The notes under the pieces are model-generated. The model did no database searches, was not told where the DNA came from, and saw nothing but the letters and a program-made list of their open reading frames with translations. DNA of 64,000 nucleotides, from contig DUMO01000051.1 of NCBI GenBank assembly GCA_012839865.1, positions 1 to 64,000 on the forward strand, read 5' to 3'. Positions 40,825 through 51,185 of the stretch are shown one piece after another. A program made the position numbers and the translations under genes. The stretch comes from Clostridiaceae bacterium. GTDB taxonomy: Bacteria > Bacillota > Clostridia > CAYPLH01 > DUMO01. Numbering within the stretch: position 1 is the stretch's first letter; every line of letters starts with the position of its first letter.

Positions 40825-41760
40825 ATGGGTAAAATCGCATTTATTTTCCCTGGACAGGGTGCCCAATATATAGGAATGGGGCAACAAATTTCCTCACAGT
40901 ACCCAAGCGCAAAGAAAGTTTATAAAGAGGCTTCGGAAGCCCTTGGATTTGACCTTGAAAAAATGGTTTTTGAAGGAGACGAAGAAACCCTTAAAATTAC
41001 TGAAAACACACAACCGGCAATATTGACAACCAGCATAGCATGCCTTCAACCGTTTCTGGAAAAAGGCATACAACCAGACGTTACTGCAGGTTTAAGCCTT
41101 GGTGAATATACTGCCCATGTGCTTTCAGGAACAATGGAGTTTAAAGACGCAGTTGCACTGGTGAGAAAAAGAGGAAAGTACATGCAGGAGGCTGTTCCGG
41201 TAGGTGTGGGTGGAATGGCTGCAATAATTGGATTGTCTGATGAAGATACAATAGCATGCTGCAATGAAGCTTCTGACTGTGGAATTGTTGAACCGGTGAA
41301 TTTCAACTGCCCTGGACAGCTTGTTATAGCCGGTGAAAAGGAAGCTGTGGAAAAAGCAGTAGCAATTGCAGGCAGCAAAGGCGCTAAAAGAGCTGTTATG
41401 CTTCCGGTAAGTGCACCGTTCCATAGCAGTTTGTTAAAGCCGGCCGGTGAAATGCTTAAGAAAGAATTGGATAAAGTAAACTTAAATGAAATGAAAATTC
41501 CTGTAGTATCAAATGTGACAGCTGATTATGTCAGGGACACATCTTTGGTTAAAAATTTATTGGTGAAGCAGGTAAGCAGCCCGGTAAAATGGGAGGCATC
41601 AATGCGGAAAATGATTCAGGACGGTGTGGACACCTTCGTTGAAATAGGTCCCGGCAAGGCACTTACCGGATTTATGAAAAGAATCAGCAAGGACGTCAAT
41701 TGCCTGAATGTTGAAGATATTGATACCCTTTACAAGGCTTTTGAGTTTTTGGGAGCTTAG
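40825..41760 (+). CDS. fabD: ACP S-malonyltransferase
   Basis: FPGQGAQ, GLSLGE, SAPFHS. Confidence 0.96.
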   Translation: MGKIAFIFPGQGAQYIGMGQQISSQYPSAKKVYKEASEALGFDLEKMVFEGDEETLKITENTQPAILTTSIACLQPFLEKGIQPDVTAGLSLGEYTAHVLSGTMEFKDAVALVRKRGKYMQEAVPVGVGGMAAIIGLSDEDTIACCNEASDCGIVEPVNFNCPGQLVIAGEKEAVEKAVAIAGSKGAKRAVMLPVSAPFHSSLLKPAGEMLKKELDKVNLNEMKIPVVSNVTADYVRDTSLVKNLLVKQVSSPVKWEASMRKMIQDGVDTFVEIGPGKALTGFMKRISKDVNCLNVEDIDTLYKAFEFLGA

Positions 41761-41928
41761 TTCCCAAAGGTCCTGTTTATTTGACTTTCATGCAATATGT
41801 TGTCATAATCCGTTGCTTTTGGAGTATATTTTTTATGTATAGTTGTTAACTGTTGTGAAATAATCACTTTATGAATACATAAGGTTCGTTTAAGGCTTTT
41901 ATAATGAATTTACTGGAGGTATATTTGA

Positions 41929-42672
41929 ATGGATCTAAAGGGAAAAACTGCTTTAATTACAGGCTCAGGAAGAGGTTTGGGAAAATCCATTGCATTGACT
42001 CTGGCCCGCATGGGAGCCAATATAGTGCTCAATGATATAGCAAATTCTGACTCTGTTGATCAGACTGCAATAGAATTTAAAAATTCCGGGTATAATGTAC
42101 TTGTCACAAAAGGTGACGTTAGAAATCCGGATGATGTGGAAACCATGATAAATAAAGCAGTTGAAGTATTTGGAGGAATAGATATTTTGGTTAATAATGC
42201 CGGTATAACCCGGGACACATTAATGGTCAGGATGAGCCTTGAAGATTGGAATGATGTCCTGGACATAAATCTGAAAGGAGCATTTCTTTGCACAAAAGCT
42301 GTTGCCAGGGTAATGATGAAGCAAAGAAGCGGCAAAATAATTAATATTTCCTCGGTTGCCGGATTAATGGGCAACCCTGGACAGGCAAATTATTCTGCTT
42401 CCAAAGCCGGCTTGATAGGACTTACAAAAACTACGGCAAAGGAACTTGCTTCAAGGGGAATTACATGCAATGCCGTTGCTCCGGGACTGATTAAGAGCAA
42501 GATGACCGATGTGCTGCCTGACAAGGTAAAGGAAAACTATCTTAACAACATTCCACTGGGCAGGTTTGGGACTCCTGAAGATGTGGCTAATGTTGTAGGC
42601 TTCTTAGCTTCCAGCCTTTCAGATTATATAACAGGTCAGGTAATAAATATTGACGGCGGTCTGGTTATGTAA
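41929..42672 (+). CDS. fabG: 3-oxoacyl-ACP reductase
   Basis: TGSGRGLG, NNAGITRD, NYSASK. Confidence 0.96.
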   Translation: MDLKGKTALITGSGRGLGKSIALTLARMGANIVLNDIANSDSVDQTAIEFKNSGYNVLVTKGDVRNPDDVETMINKAVEVFGGIDILVNNAGITRDTLMVRMSLEDWNDVLDINLKGAFLCTKAVARVMMKQRSGKIINISSVAGLMGNPGQANYSASKAGLIGLTKTTAKELASRGITCNAVAPGLIKSKMTDVLPDKVKENYLNNIPLGRFGTPEDVANVVGFLASSLSDYITGQVINIDGGLVM

Positions 42673-42782
42673 TATTATTTTTATGAATATTGCATAGACT
42701 CAAGACTGCTGAACGTTTGCACGTATGATGCAAAGTCGGCTGCAAGTAAATGTATGCCTGCCTTTGGAAGGAGGTGAAATGC

Positions 42783-43007
42783 ATGTTTGAAAAAGTAAGA
42801 AGCATTATAGTTGAACAGCTTGGTGTCGATGAAGATGATGTAACTATGGAATCGTCATTTATAGATGATTTGGGAGCTGACTCACTGGATATAGTAGAGC
42901 TTATAATGGCTCTGGAAGAGGAATTCGATTTGGAGATTCCTGACAGCGAGGCAGAGAAGATTTCTACAGTGGGAGATGTGGTTGAATACATTAAAAATAA
43001 TTCATAA
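42783..43007 (+). CDS. acpP: Acyl carrier protein
   Basis: [15 protein letters not shown] after GGAGGTGA. Confidence 0.97.
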   Translation: MFEKVRSIIVEQLGVDEDDVTMESSFIDDLGADSLDIVELIMALEEEFDLEIPDSEAEKISTVGDVVEYIKNNS

Positions 43008-43037
43008 AAAAAGTCCCCTAAAAAGGGACTTTTTTTT
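43006..43037 (+). terminator. acpP terminator
   Basis: AAAAAGTCCC-CTAAAAA-GGGACTTTTT. Confidence 0.8.
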
Positions 43038-43262
43038 AAAATAAGATTTTTCAGAGGATTTATAAATATATTTTATATACATCAATTATTCGAAATTTTC
43101 TTCAGACATATACATTAGGATAGAGATTATTAAGCTATTGTAATAATATTCATTTGCTTAAATTTCATAAATATAGATAATGTATTTAAGTAATGCAATA
43201 CAAAAGCGTTATTATTTTTATTCCAGGTATTTGGTTATTCTACCTAAAAAGGAGGTCATTAA

Positions 43263-44501
43263 ATGAATAGACGTGTTGTAGTCACAGGTACTGGGGTCAT
43301 ATCTTCTTTAGGTATTGGTACGGATAATTTCTGGGAAGCTATAAAACAAGGCAAAAACGGTATCAGCGTGATTACTAAATTTGATACAGCGGATTTTACT
43401 ACAAAAGTAGGCGCAACAGTTGATAACTTTAATCCTGAAGATTTCCTTAGTAAAAAGGAAGCCAAAAGAATGGACAGATTCACTCAGTTTGCATTGGTTT
43501 CTGCAAAACTTGCCATTGAGAATTCCTGTTTGGATCTTGACAGTGTAGATAAAAACAGGATGGGTGTTATTGTTTCTTCCGGTATTGGAGGAATTGAAAC
43601 TTTGGAAGCACAGCACCAGACATTGATGGATAAGGGTGCAAAATGGGTAAGTCCGTTTTTCATACCAATGATGATACCAAACATGGCTTCAGGTCAAATT
43701 TCCATAGAATTTGGAGCAAAAGGCTTTATTGGCTGCTCAATATCAGCATGCGCTTCGGGGAACAGTGCCATTGGTGATGCCTTCAAGGTAATACAGCGTG
43801 GAGACGCCGATATCATGATTACCGGTGGTGCCGAAGCATCCATTACACCTCTATCCTTTGCAGGTTTCTGTTCAATGAAAGCCATGTCAACCAATGAGAA
43901 CCCGGATGAGGCTTGCCGCCCCTTTGATCTTGAAAGGGATGGATTTGTTATGGGCGAGGGAGCCGGAATACTGATTCTCGAAGAACTTGAGCATGCTTTG
44001 AAAAGAGGGGCAAACATAATTTCGGAAATAATGGGTTATGGATGCACAAGTGATGCATATCACATTACAGCCCCGGCTCCGGGAGGAGAGGGAGCATTAA
44101 GGTGCATGCAGCTGGCAATAAAAGATGCAGGAATTAATTTGGAAGATATTGAATATATTAATGCACACGGTACATCAACTCCTCATAATGACAAGAATGA
44201 AACAGCTGCCATAAAATCCTTGTTTGGTGAACATGCTTACAAAATTGCAGTAAGTTCCACAAAGTCAATGACAGGACATTTGCTGGGTGCAGCCGGAGGA
44301 GTTGAAGCGGTAATAACATCTCTGGCCCTTAAGGAGGGTTTTTTACCTGCAACAATTAACTACCGCAAACCTGATCCGGAATGTGATTTGGATTATGTAC
44401 CAAACGTCGGAAGAAGCAAGGAAATAAAATGTGCCATATCGAACTCTTTCGGTTTTGGAGGTCAAAATGTCAGCATTGTTTTCAAGAGGTTTGAAGCTTA
44501 A
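43263..44501 (+). CDS. fabF: Beta-ketoacyl-ACP synthase II
   Basis: [28 protein letters not shown]. Confidence 0.97.
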   Translation: MNRRVVVTGTGVISSLGIGTDNFWEAIKQGKNGISVITKFDTADFTTKVGATVDNFNPEDFLSKKEAKRMDRFTQFALVSAKLAIENSCLDLDSVDKNRMGVIVSSGIGGIETLEAQHQTLMDKGAKWVSPFFIPMMIPNMASGQISIEFGAKGFIGCSISACASGNSAIGDAFKVIQRGDADIMITGGAEASITPLSFAGFCSMKAMSTNENPDEACRPFDLERDGFVMGEGAGILILEELEHALKRGANIISEIMGYGCTSDAYHITAPAPGGEGALRCMQLAIKDAGINLEDIEYINAHGTSTPHNDKNETAAIKSLFGEHAYKIAVSSTKSMTGHLLGAAGGVEAVITSLALKEGFLPATINYRKPDPECDLDYVPNVGRSKEIKCAISNSFGFGGQNVSIVFKRFEA

Positions 44502-44516
44502 TGCTGCATACTAACG

Positions 44517-44545
44517 CTTATTGCCGGGAAATACCCGGCAATAAG
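44517..44545 (+). terminator. Hairpin after fabF
   Basis: CTTATTGCCGGG-AAATA-CCCGGCAATAAG, 12-bp perfect stem. Confidence 0.65.
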
Positions 44546-44638
44546 GTTTAAAGATTAAGTTATGGTTTACAGTTGCTTTCAAGAGGTTTATATTAATAAT
44601 GCAGTATGACTTACGGCTTTGCCGGGAAAGGATTAGTA

Positions 44639-45358
44639 ATGCATAAGACAATTATAGCACTTGCCAGAGGCTTTAAGGAGTTTGAAAAAACAATTGGATA
44701 CAGATTTAAGCTGAAAAGGAATCTGGTTCTTGCTTTTACACACAGTTCCTATGCAAATGAAAGCAAGTCCAAGGAAATCAGAAGCAACGAGAGGCTTGAG
44801 TTTCTCGGCGATGCCGTGCTTAATCTGGTTATTTCCGAATATATCTACAACAGCTGCCCTGAAATGACTGAGGGAGAAATGACCAAATCAAGGGCTGTTA
44901 TTGTATGTGAATCCTCCCTGGCAAAATGCGCCAACAATATAAACATCGGCAAATTCTTACTCCTTGGAAAGGGCGAGGAACTTACCGGTGGCAGAACACG
45001 GATTTCTATTTTGTCTGATTCTTTTGAAGCCGTTATAGGTGCAATTTTCATAGACGGTGGGATTAAGCCCGCAAAAAATTTCATTTTGAAACAGATGCAG
45101 CAAATTATACATGGTTCGGTGCATGGAACCCTTTTCATGGATTATAAAACAGAACTGCAGGAATTGGTTCAGAAAAACGGTGAAAAGAAAATTGTCTATG
45201 AAAAAATTGAAGAATCCGGACCTGACCATAATAAAGTTTTTGTTTTGCAAGTAAAAGTCGACGGAAATGTATTGGGAGTAGGTACCGGAAAGACAAAAAA
45301 AGAAGCTGAACAAAATGCTGCTAAAATTGCATTAGAAAAAATTATAAAAAAGGGTTGA
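44639..45358 (+). CDS. rnc: Ribonuclease III
   Basis: AFTHSSYANE, NERLEFLGDAVL, dsRBD (DYKTELQE...KKEAEQNAA). Confidence 0.97.
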   Translation: MHKTIIALARGFKEFEKTIGYRFKLKRNLVLAFTHSSYANESKSKEIRSNERLEFLGDAVLNLVISEYIYNSCPEMTEGEMTKSRAVIVCESSLAKCANNINIGKFLLLGKGEELTGGRTRISILSDSFEAVIGAIFIDGGIKPAKNFILKQMQQIIHGSVHGTLFMDYKTELQELVQKNGEKKIVYEKIEESGPDHNKVFVLQVKVDGNVLGVGTGKTKKEAEQNAAKIALEKIIKKG

Positions 45359-45362
45359 CTCA

Positions 45363-45389
45363 GCAGGAATTATTAGAAAAATATAGAAC
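45363..45389 (+). promoter_or_regulatory. Sigma-H-like promoter of spoVS
   Basis: GCAGGAATT then GAAC, 17 nt after AGGA; spoVS is sigma-H dependent in B. subtilis. Confidence 0.6.
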
Positions 45390-45439
45390 TTTATAAAGAT
45401 AAAATTAATTTTTTTATTTTTTTAGTAGGGGGATATATT

Positions 45440-45700
45440 ATGGAAATGCTTAAAGTGTCAGCCAAGTCAATTCCAAACTCAGTTGCCGGGGCAGTAGCTT
45501 CAATACTTAGAGAAAGCAAAAGAGTAGAAATACAGGCAATTGGAGCCGGTGCTGTCAATCAGGCAACAAAAGCAATTGCAATTGCGAGGGGATTTGTTTC
45601 TCCTAACGGAATCGATTTGGTAGCTGTACCAACTTTCGCAGAAGTGGAAATTGAAGGAGAAGAAAGGACTGCTATTAGGTTTATCGTAGAACCAAGATAG
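45440..45700 (+). CDS. spoVS: Stage V sporulation protein S
   Basis: LKVSAKS.PNSVAGA, QAIGAGAVNQATKAIAIARGF. Confidence 0.96.
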   Translation: MEMLKVSAKSIPNSVAGAVASILRESKRVEIQAIGAGAVNQATKAIAIARGFVSPNGIDLVAVPTFAEVEIEGEERTAIRFIVEPR

Positions 45701-45708
45701 AGCCCTCG

Positions 45709-45729
45709 GGGGACAGTTGAACTGTCCCC
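45709..45729. repeat. REP-like palindrome / terminator hairpin
   Basis: GGGGACAGT-TGA-ACTGTCCCC. Confidence 0.6.
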
Positions 45730-45779
45730 AAAAAATTTTATAAGGTTTTTATTATTATTGGCACTAAAGATAAACAGAG

Positions 45780-48700
45780 GTGTTATTTTTGAGGTTAAAA
45801 CAGCTGGAGATACAGGGATTTAAATCATTTGCAGACAAGGTTGTTTTAGAGTTTGATTCAGGAATTACTGCGATAGTAGGTCCTAATGGAAGCGGAAAAA
45901 GCAATATTGCAGACGCTATTCGATGGGTGCTTGGCGAGCAAAGCGTTAAAACTCTCAGGGGAAGCAAAATGGAAGATGTTATTTTTGCAGGCACAGAGCA
46001 TAGAAAAACCATGGGCTTTGCCGAAGTATCCCTGGTTATTGATAATTATAACAAGTCTCTGCCCTTGGAATATTCTGAAGTTAAAATTACCCGTCGGTTG
46101 TTCAGATCAGGTGAAAGCGAATATTTTATCAATAAAACGCCTTGCAGGCTCAAGGATATAACCGAGCTTTTTCTGGATACAGGAATAGGCAAGGAAGGAT
46201 ATTCTATTATTGGACAGAGCAGGATAGATGAAATCTTAAGCACAAAATCCGAAGACAGGAGATATATATTTGAAGAAGCTTCGGGTATTATGAAATATAA
46301 ACTCAGAAAAATAGAAGCTGAAAAAAAGCTTGAAAGCACCAGGCAAAATCTTGTTAGAATAAATGACATAATCAATGAGCTTGAAAGCCAGTTGGAACCA
46401 TTGAAAATCCAGGCAGAGACAGCCAGGAAATATCTCTCATTAAGAGAAAGTCTGAAAGTACTGGAAGTTAATTTGTACCTGACCAATATCGAAAAAATCA
46501 AAAACAGGGTAAATGAGCTTCAGAACCTTATTTCCGATGTAGAGAAGAATATCCGGGATGAAAACTTAAAAATAGAAAGTTTGAACAGGGAAAATGAAAC
46601 AAGAAGCCTGCTCGTAAAATCAAGGAGTGAAAGGCTTGATGCCACAAGACAGGAATTCTTTGAACTGGAAAAAAACCTGGAAAAGCTCAATGCCGCTGTA
46701 AATCTCAATAATGAGAAGATCAGCAATTATGACAAAAATAATAAGAGACTTGAAAATGAAATAAGTCAAATCAATGACAGGATTTTGAAAATTGACCGGG
46801 AAGCTCAATTGCAAAAAAGCAGGTTGGATCAACTTAATTTGCAGCTTGGGGAAAATTTAGCCAGGTTTTCTCATATGGAAGAGGAATTCAGGCTGTTGTC
46901 CGGCACCCTGGACCAGGATGAAAAAGTAATAGAAGAGATGAAATCTTCCCTTATTGGAAAACTGGAATTATTGTCGGATAAAAAGACTCAAGTAAACAAT
47001 ATTGAGAATCAGATTAATATCGTTTCCGAAAGAAAAGCCAAGGTTGCAGAGGAAATAAAGCAAATCGGAGATGCCTACAGTACTGAAAATGTCAAAAAAG
47101 AGGCAATGTACACTGAGCTTGAGCAACTTGGCAATGCTATTGAAAAATTCAAAGCAAAAATTTCAAAACTTAATTCGGAAAAAGAAAACAAAAACAAAAA
47201 ACTGCAGGAGTTAAGAAATCATCAGACTAAAATCAAGTCCGAAAAGCAGTTTAAAGAATCCAGATACAACATGCTTAAAAACATGGAGAATAATCTTGAG
47301 GGATACAACAGAAGCGTAAGGGTTATTCTTCAAAAATGCAAGGAATCCGATGAATTCGGTGATGGAATTCATGGTGCCCTGGCACAGCTTATCACCGTTG
47401 ATAAAAAGTATGAAATTGCCTTGGAGATGACTCTCGGAGGTGCACTTCAGAATATTGTCACCACCTCTGAAGAGGACGCAAAAAAAGCAATTGAATACTT
47501 AAAGACAAATCGCATGGGAAGAGCTACATTTCTTCCTATCAGCTCTGTTACCGGAACCAGACTGGACGAGCATACCATATCCAGAATAAAAAAATATAAA
47601 GGTTTTTGCGGCATAGCATCCGACCTGGTGGAATACAGCAGCTTGTATAATGGGATTATTCTGAGCTTTCTAGGAAAAGTGGCTGTGGTGGATAACATAG
47701 ATACAGGAATAGAAATGGCCCGGGAATTCAATTACAGCTTCAAAATTGTCACATTGGACGGTGACATTTTAAGCACCAGAGGTTCCATAACCGGGGGTGA
47801 TTCCACAAGCAGAAGCAGCGGAATTTTAAGCAGGGGCAGGGAAATAGCAAGCCTGTACCATGAAATTTTGCAACTGGCAAAAGATGAAATGAATATTGAA
47901 GAAAAGATAAGTTCAATCATAAATTCCCTGAATGAACTTGACAAAGCTGTAAACCAGGAAACGAGCATGCTGCATGATGCCGAAATTACAAAAGCCAGGA
48001 ATGAGAACTACATCAGGCAAATTGCTGATAATATCAACAGAATGCAATCAAAATCTGAAATGCTTGAACAGGAAAGCTTGCAGCTAGCCAGGGAAATGGA
48101 AGAAATCTTCCAGGAGAGGGATAAGTACATCAAAGAGCAGAAAGATATTGAAAAAGAAATCGAAGATATGAAAAGGATAATCAGCGAAAATTCCGACAAG
48201 CACAGGGAGGACCAGATTGCAAGAGACAAGTTGAATGAAAAGCTTACAGACTGTAAAATTTCCATCAGTACCATAAAGGAAAGCATAGAAATGGTCCGGG
48301 AAGGGATTGAAAAGCTGAATAACGATAAAATTTCCCTTGAGAAAAGCATTGAGGTAAAGAATCAGGAAATATGCAAGAATATTGAAAAAATAAAAAGCTT
48401 GGCGGAAGAAAACGAAGGATTGTCAGAGCAAATCAAAAAAATTGATGTTGAAAAGGTCGGAAAAACCCTGGAAATTGACAACATTGAAGAAGAAAGAAAA
48501 AGCCTGGAGGAAGAGCTCCTTGAATTGTCAAACAAGATTAAGGATAAAAGCAATAATGTTACTCTTTTGAAAGAAGAATTCAACCGGTTGGAAGTCAGAA
48601 TGGTCAAAGCTGAAGCCGAGCTGGAAGCAGTTCAAAACAGGTTGTGGGATGAATATGAACTTACATATAACAATGCTTTATCATTGAAAAAAGATATAGG

Positions 48701-49361
48701 GAGTATTACTCAGGCTCAGAAGGATATACTTGAACTCAGAAACGAGATAAAAAACCTTGGTACGGTCAACGTGGCAGCTATTGATGATTATGTAAAGACG
48801 AAAGAACGTTATGAGTTCATGACAACCCAAAGGGACGACATGGAACAGGCTCAAGAGAAGCTTTACAGGGTTATTTCGGAAATGACGGTCCTTATGAAGC
48901 AAAAATTCATAGAGCAGTTTAGGAAAATCAATGAAAATTTCAACCTGGTATACAGGCAGCTCTTTGATGGCGGCAAGGCCGAGCTTAAACTGGTGGATGA
49001 AGAAAATATCCTTGAGAGCGGCATTGATATTGAAGTACAACCTCCGGGGAAGAAACTTCAGAACATGATGCTGCTTTCAGGTGGTGAAAGGGCATTTACG
49101 GCAATCGCCCTGCTTTTTGCAATTTTGAAACTGAAACCTGTTCCGTTTTGTGTTCTCGACGAAATTGAAGCAGCTCTGGATGATGCAAATGTGTACAGGT
49201 TTGCAAAGTATTTGAAAGATTATTCAGAGGAGACGCAGTTTATTATGGTGACCCATAGAAAAGGTACAATGGAAGTGTCTGATTCTTTATATGGCGTTAC
49301 CATGCAGGAAAGAGGCGTTTCCGGAATAGTGTCATTAAAACTGGGAGAAAAAGCAAGTTGA
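45780..49361 (+). CDS. smc: Chromosome segregation protein SMC
   Basis: GPNGSGKSN, hinge (ALEMTLGG, GRATFLP), LSGGE, LDEIEAALD. Confidence 0.98.
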   Translation: MLFLRLKQLEIQGFKSFADKVVLEFDSGITAIVGPNGSGKSNIADAIRWVLGEQSVKTLRGSKMEDVIFAGTEHRKTMGFAEVSLVIDNYNKSLPLEYSEVKITRRLFRSGESEYFINKTPCRLKDITELFLDTGIGKEGYSIIGQSRIDEILSTKSEDRRYIFEEASGIMKYKLRKIEAEKKLESTRQNLVRINDIINELESQLEPLKIQAETARKYLSLRESLKVLEVNLYLTNIEKIKNRVNELQNLISDVEKNIRDENLKIESLNRENETRSLLVKSRSERLDATRQEFFELEKNLEKLNAAVNLNNEKISNYDKNNKRLENEISQINDRILKIDREAQLQKSRLDQLNLQLGENLARFSHMEEEFRLLSGTLDQDEKVIEEMKSSLIGKLELLSDKKTQVNNIENQINIVSERKAKVAEEIKQIGDAYSTENVKKEAMYTELEQLGNAIEKFKAKISKLNSEKENKNKKLQELRNHQTKIKSEKQFKESRYNMLKNMENNLEGYNRSVRVILQKCKESDEFGDGIHGALAQLITVDKKYEIALEMTLGGALQNIVTTSEEDAKKAIEYLKTNRMGRATFLPISSVTGTRLDEHTISRIKKYKGFCGIASDLVEYSSLYNGIILSFLGKVAVVDNIDTGIEMAREFNYSFKIVTLDGDILSTRGSITGGDSTSRSSGILSRGREIASLYHEILQLAKDEMNIEEKISSIINSLNELDKAVNQETSMLHDAEITKARNENYIRQIADNINRMQSKSEMLEQESLQLAREMEEIFQERDKYIKEQKDIEKEIEDMKRIISENSDKHREDQIARDKLNEKLTDCKISISTIKESIEMVREGIEKLNNDKISLEKSIEVKNQEICKNIEKIKSLAEENEGLSEQIKKIDVEKVGKTLEIDNIEEERKSLEEELLELSNKIKDKSNNVTLLKEEFNRLEVRMVKAEAELEAVQNRLWDEYELTYNNALSLKKDIGSITQAQKDILELRNEIKNLGTVNVAAIDDYVKTKERYEFMTTQRDDMEQAQEKLYRVISEMTVLMKQKFIEQFRKINENFNLVYRQLFDGGKAELKLVDEENILESGIDIEVQPPGKKLQNMMLLSGGERAFTAIALLFAILKLKPVPFCVLDEIEAALDDANVYRFAKYLKDYSEETQFIMVTHRKGTMEVSDSLYGVTMQERGVSGIVSLKLGEKAS

Positions 49362-49528
49362 TAAGCAGGCAGCAATCCGGATACCATATAATAGAGCGTG
49401 ATTAAGCTGTTGTTTTATGCAAGGAAACAGGATACTTGAAACTTTTCATGGATATGCAAAGGAGAAATTTGCCTTTGCATGTTTTATGGTTGGAATCTAA
49501 ATTATCAGACAATACAGGAGGCAAAGAA

Positions 49529-50437
49529 ATGAGTTTTTTTGAAAAGCTGAAACAGGGTTTGCAGAAAACAAGAAAGGGAATAACGGAGAGAATTGACCAG
49601 GTTTTGGTTTCTTTTGGCAAGATTGATGAGGAGCTGTTTGAAGAACTGGAGGAAGTTTTGATAACTTCCGATGTAGGAGTGGAAACATCAATAAAAATAA
49701 TATCTGATCTTAGAAAGGCAGTTAAAGAGAAAAAAGTTACAAATCCCCAGAATATAAGGGAAATGCTGAAGTATGAACTTAAGAAAATTTTGAATAAAGG
49801 CGAAAACAGGCTGAATATCAGCACATCTCCCTCCGCCATTATTGTCTTGGGCGTAAACGGAGTCGGCAAGACTACATCAATAGGTAAAATTGCCAGCCTG
49901 CTCAGAAAAGAAGGGAAGAAAGTTGTAATTGCCGCAGCAGATACCTTCCGGGCTGCTGCCATAGATCAGCTGGAGATTTGGGCAAACAGGGCGGAGGTTG
50001 ACATAATAAAGCATAATGAAGGTGCAGATCCCGGTGCGGTTGTTTATGATGCAATAAAGGCTGCAAAAGCCAGAAATGCCGATGTTTTGATTTGCGATAC
50101 CGCAGGCAGGCTCCACACCAAGAAAAACCTGATGGAAGAACTGAAAAAGATTCACAGGATAATAGACAGGGAACTGGAGGGGGCGGATAAGGAAAACCTT
50201 CTGGTTCTTGATGCAACCACCGGGCAGAATGCAATTTCCCAGGCTAAAACTTTCAGCGAGTTTGTCAATGTTTCGGGCATTGTACTGACAAAGCTTGATG
50301 GAACTGCCAAGGGCGGAATAGTAATTGCAATAGAATCAGAACTTGGAATACCGGTTAAATTGATAGGTGTCGGAGAGAAAATGGATGACTTGCAGTGGTT
50401 CAACCCGGATGAATTTATAGATGCCCTAATGGAATAA
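49529..50437 (+). CDS. ftsY: SRP receptor FtsY
   Basis: GVNGVGKTT, DTFRAAA, DTAGR, TKLDGTAKGG; ATG after AGGAGG. Confidence 0.97.
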   Translation: MSFFEKLKQGLQKTRKGITERIDQVLVSFGKIDEELFEELEEVLITSDVGVETSIKIISDLRKAVKEKKVTNPQNIREMLKYELKKILNKGENRLNISTSPSAIIVLGVNGVGKTTSIGKIASLLRKEGKKVVIAAADTFRAAAIDQLEIWANRAEVDIIKHNEGADPGAVVYDAIKAAKARNADVLICDTAGRLHTKKNLMEELKKIHRIIDRELEGADKENLLVLDATTGQNAISQAKTFSEFVNVSGIVLTKLDGTAKGGIVIAIESELGIPVKLIGVGEKMDDLQWFNPDEFIDALME

Positions 50438-50464
50438 TAATGGTTATTATTTAAAAATAACCTT

Positions 50465-50638
50465 ACATGAACGAAATATATGCAGAATAGGGCTATTTGC
50501 GAAGCAAATCCAGCCAAAAGCGAGCGGAGATTGATGGCCCGAGCTTTTCTGGAACAAGGCTCCTATTTTGAGAAAACCGACGGTTCGCTGAAGGCAAAAA
50601 TACATTTCATTCATGTGAGATTATGTCTGAACAGTAGC
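50465..50638. mobile_element. MITE-like dispersed repeat, copy C (most complete, inverted relative to A and B)
   Basis: ACATGAACGAAATATAT (50465) and ATACATTTCATTCATGT (to 50616) form an imperfect 17-bp inverted repeat; the right tail TTATGTCTGAACAGTAGC matches the end of copy A. Confidence 0.8.
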
Positions 50639-50677
50639 TGCATAACTCATTTATCCGGGAAAACTAATAAATAATGC

Positions 50678-50735
50678 TTGACAAAGATAATGAAGCAATT
50701 TAAAATTAGGTGTAAAGTAAAATTACTTAACACCT
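50678..50735 (+). promoter_or_regulatory. ylxM-ffh promoter with overlapping palindrome
   Basis: TTGACA-17 bp-TAAAAT (50678-50706) then AGGTGTAAAGTAA-AA-TTACTTAACACCT. Confidence 0.7.
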
Positions 50736-50786
50736 TTTTGTTTTGCTTGCTCTTTGCATTTTACAAAAAGGTCGTGAGAATGCCTG

Positions 50787-51149
50787 GTGGTAATTATGAA
50801 TGATGTTTATGAAGTTGCAATGATGTTGGACTTTTATGGACAGCTTTTGACAAGCAGGCAGTACGAGATACTGGACCTTTATTACAACAATGACTACTCT
50901 CTGGGAGAGATTTCGGAACACCTGGACATAAGTCGTCAGGCGGTGTTTGATAATATCAAAAGGTCCAGAGAAATTCTGCTTGAATACGAAACTAAGCTTG
51001 GATTGGTAAGAAACCATATGGCATTCATAAAGAAGGCAAAAGAGCTGCTCAATATGATTAAGAGTATTGACAGCAGCAGACTTGAAGAGAAAGACCGGGA
51101 AACAATGACGCGCATTGAAAAGGAGCTTAATCAACTGATAGATTTTTGA
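50787..51149 (+). CDS. ylxM: YlxM (UPF0122) protein
   Basis: LDFYGQLLT.RQ, DYSLGEISE...ISRQAVFDNIKR, YETKLGL; before ffh. Confidence 0.94.
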   Translation: MVIMNDVYEVAMMLDFYGQLLTSRQYEILDLYYNNDYSLGEISEHLDISRQAVFDNIKRSREILLEYETKLGLVRNHMAFIKKAKELLNMIKSIDSSRLEEKDRETMTRIEKELNQLIDF

Positions 51150-51185
51150 AACCCATAACATTGAAAAACCGGAGGATTATTATAA

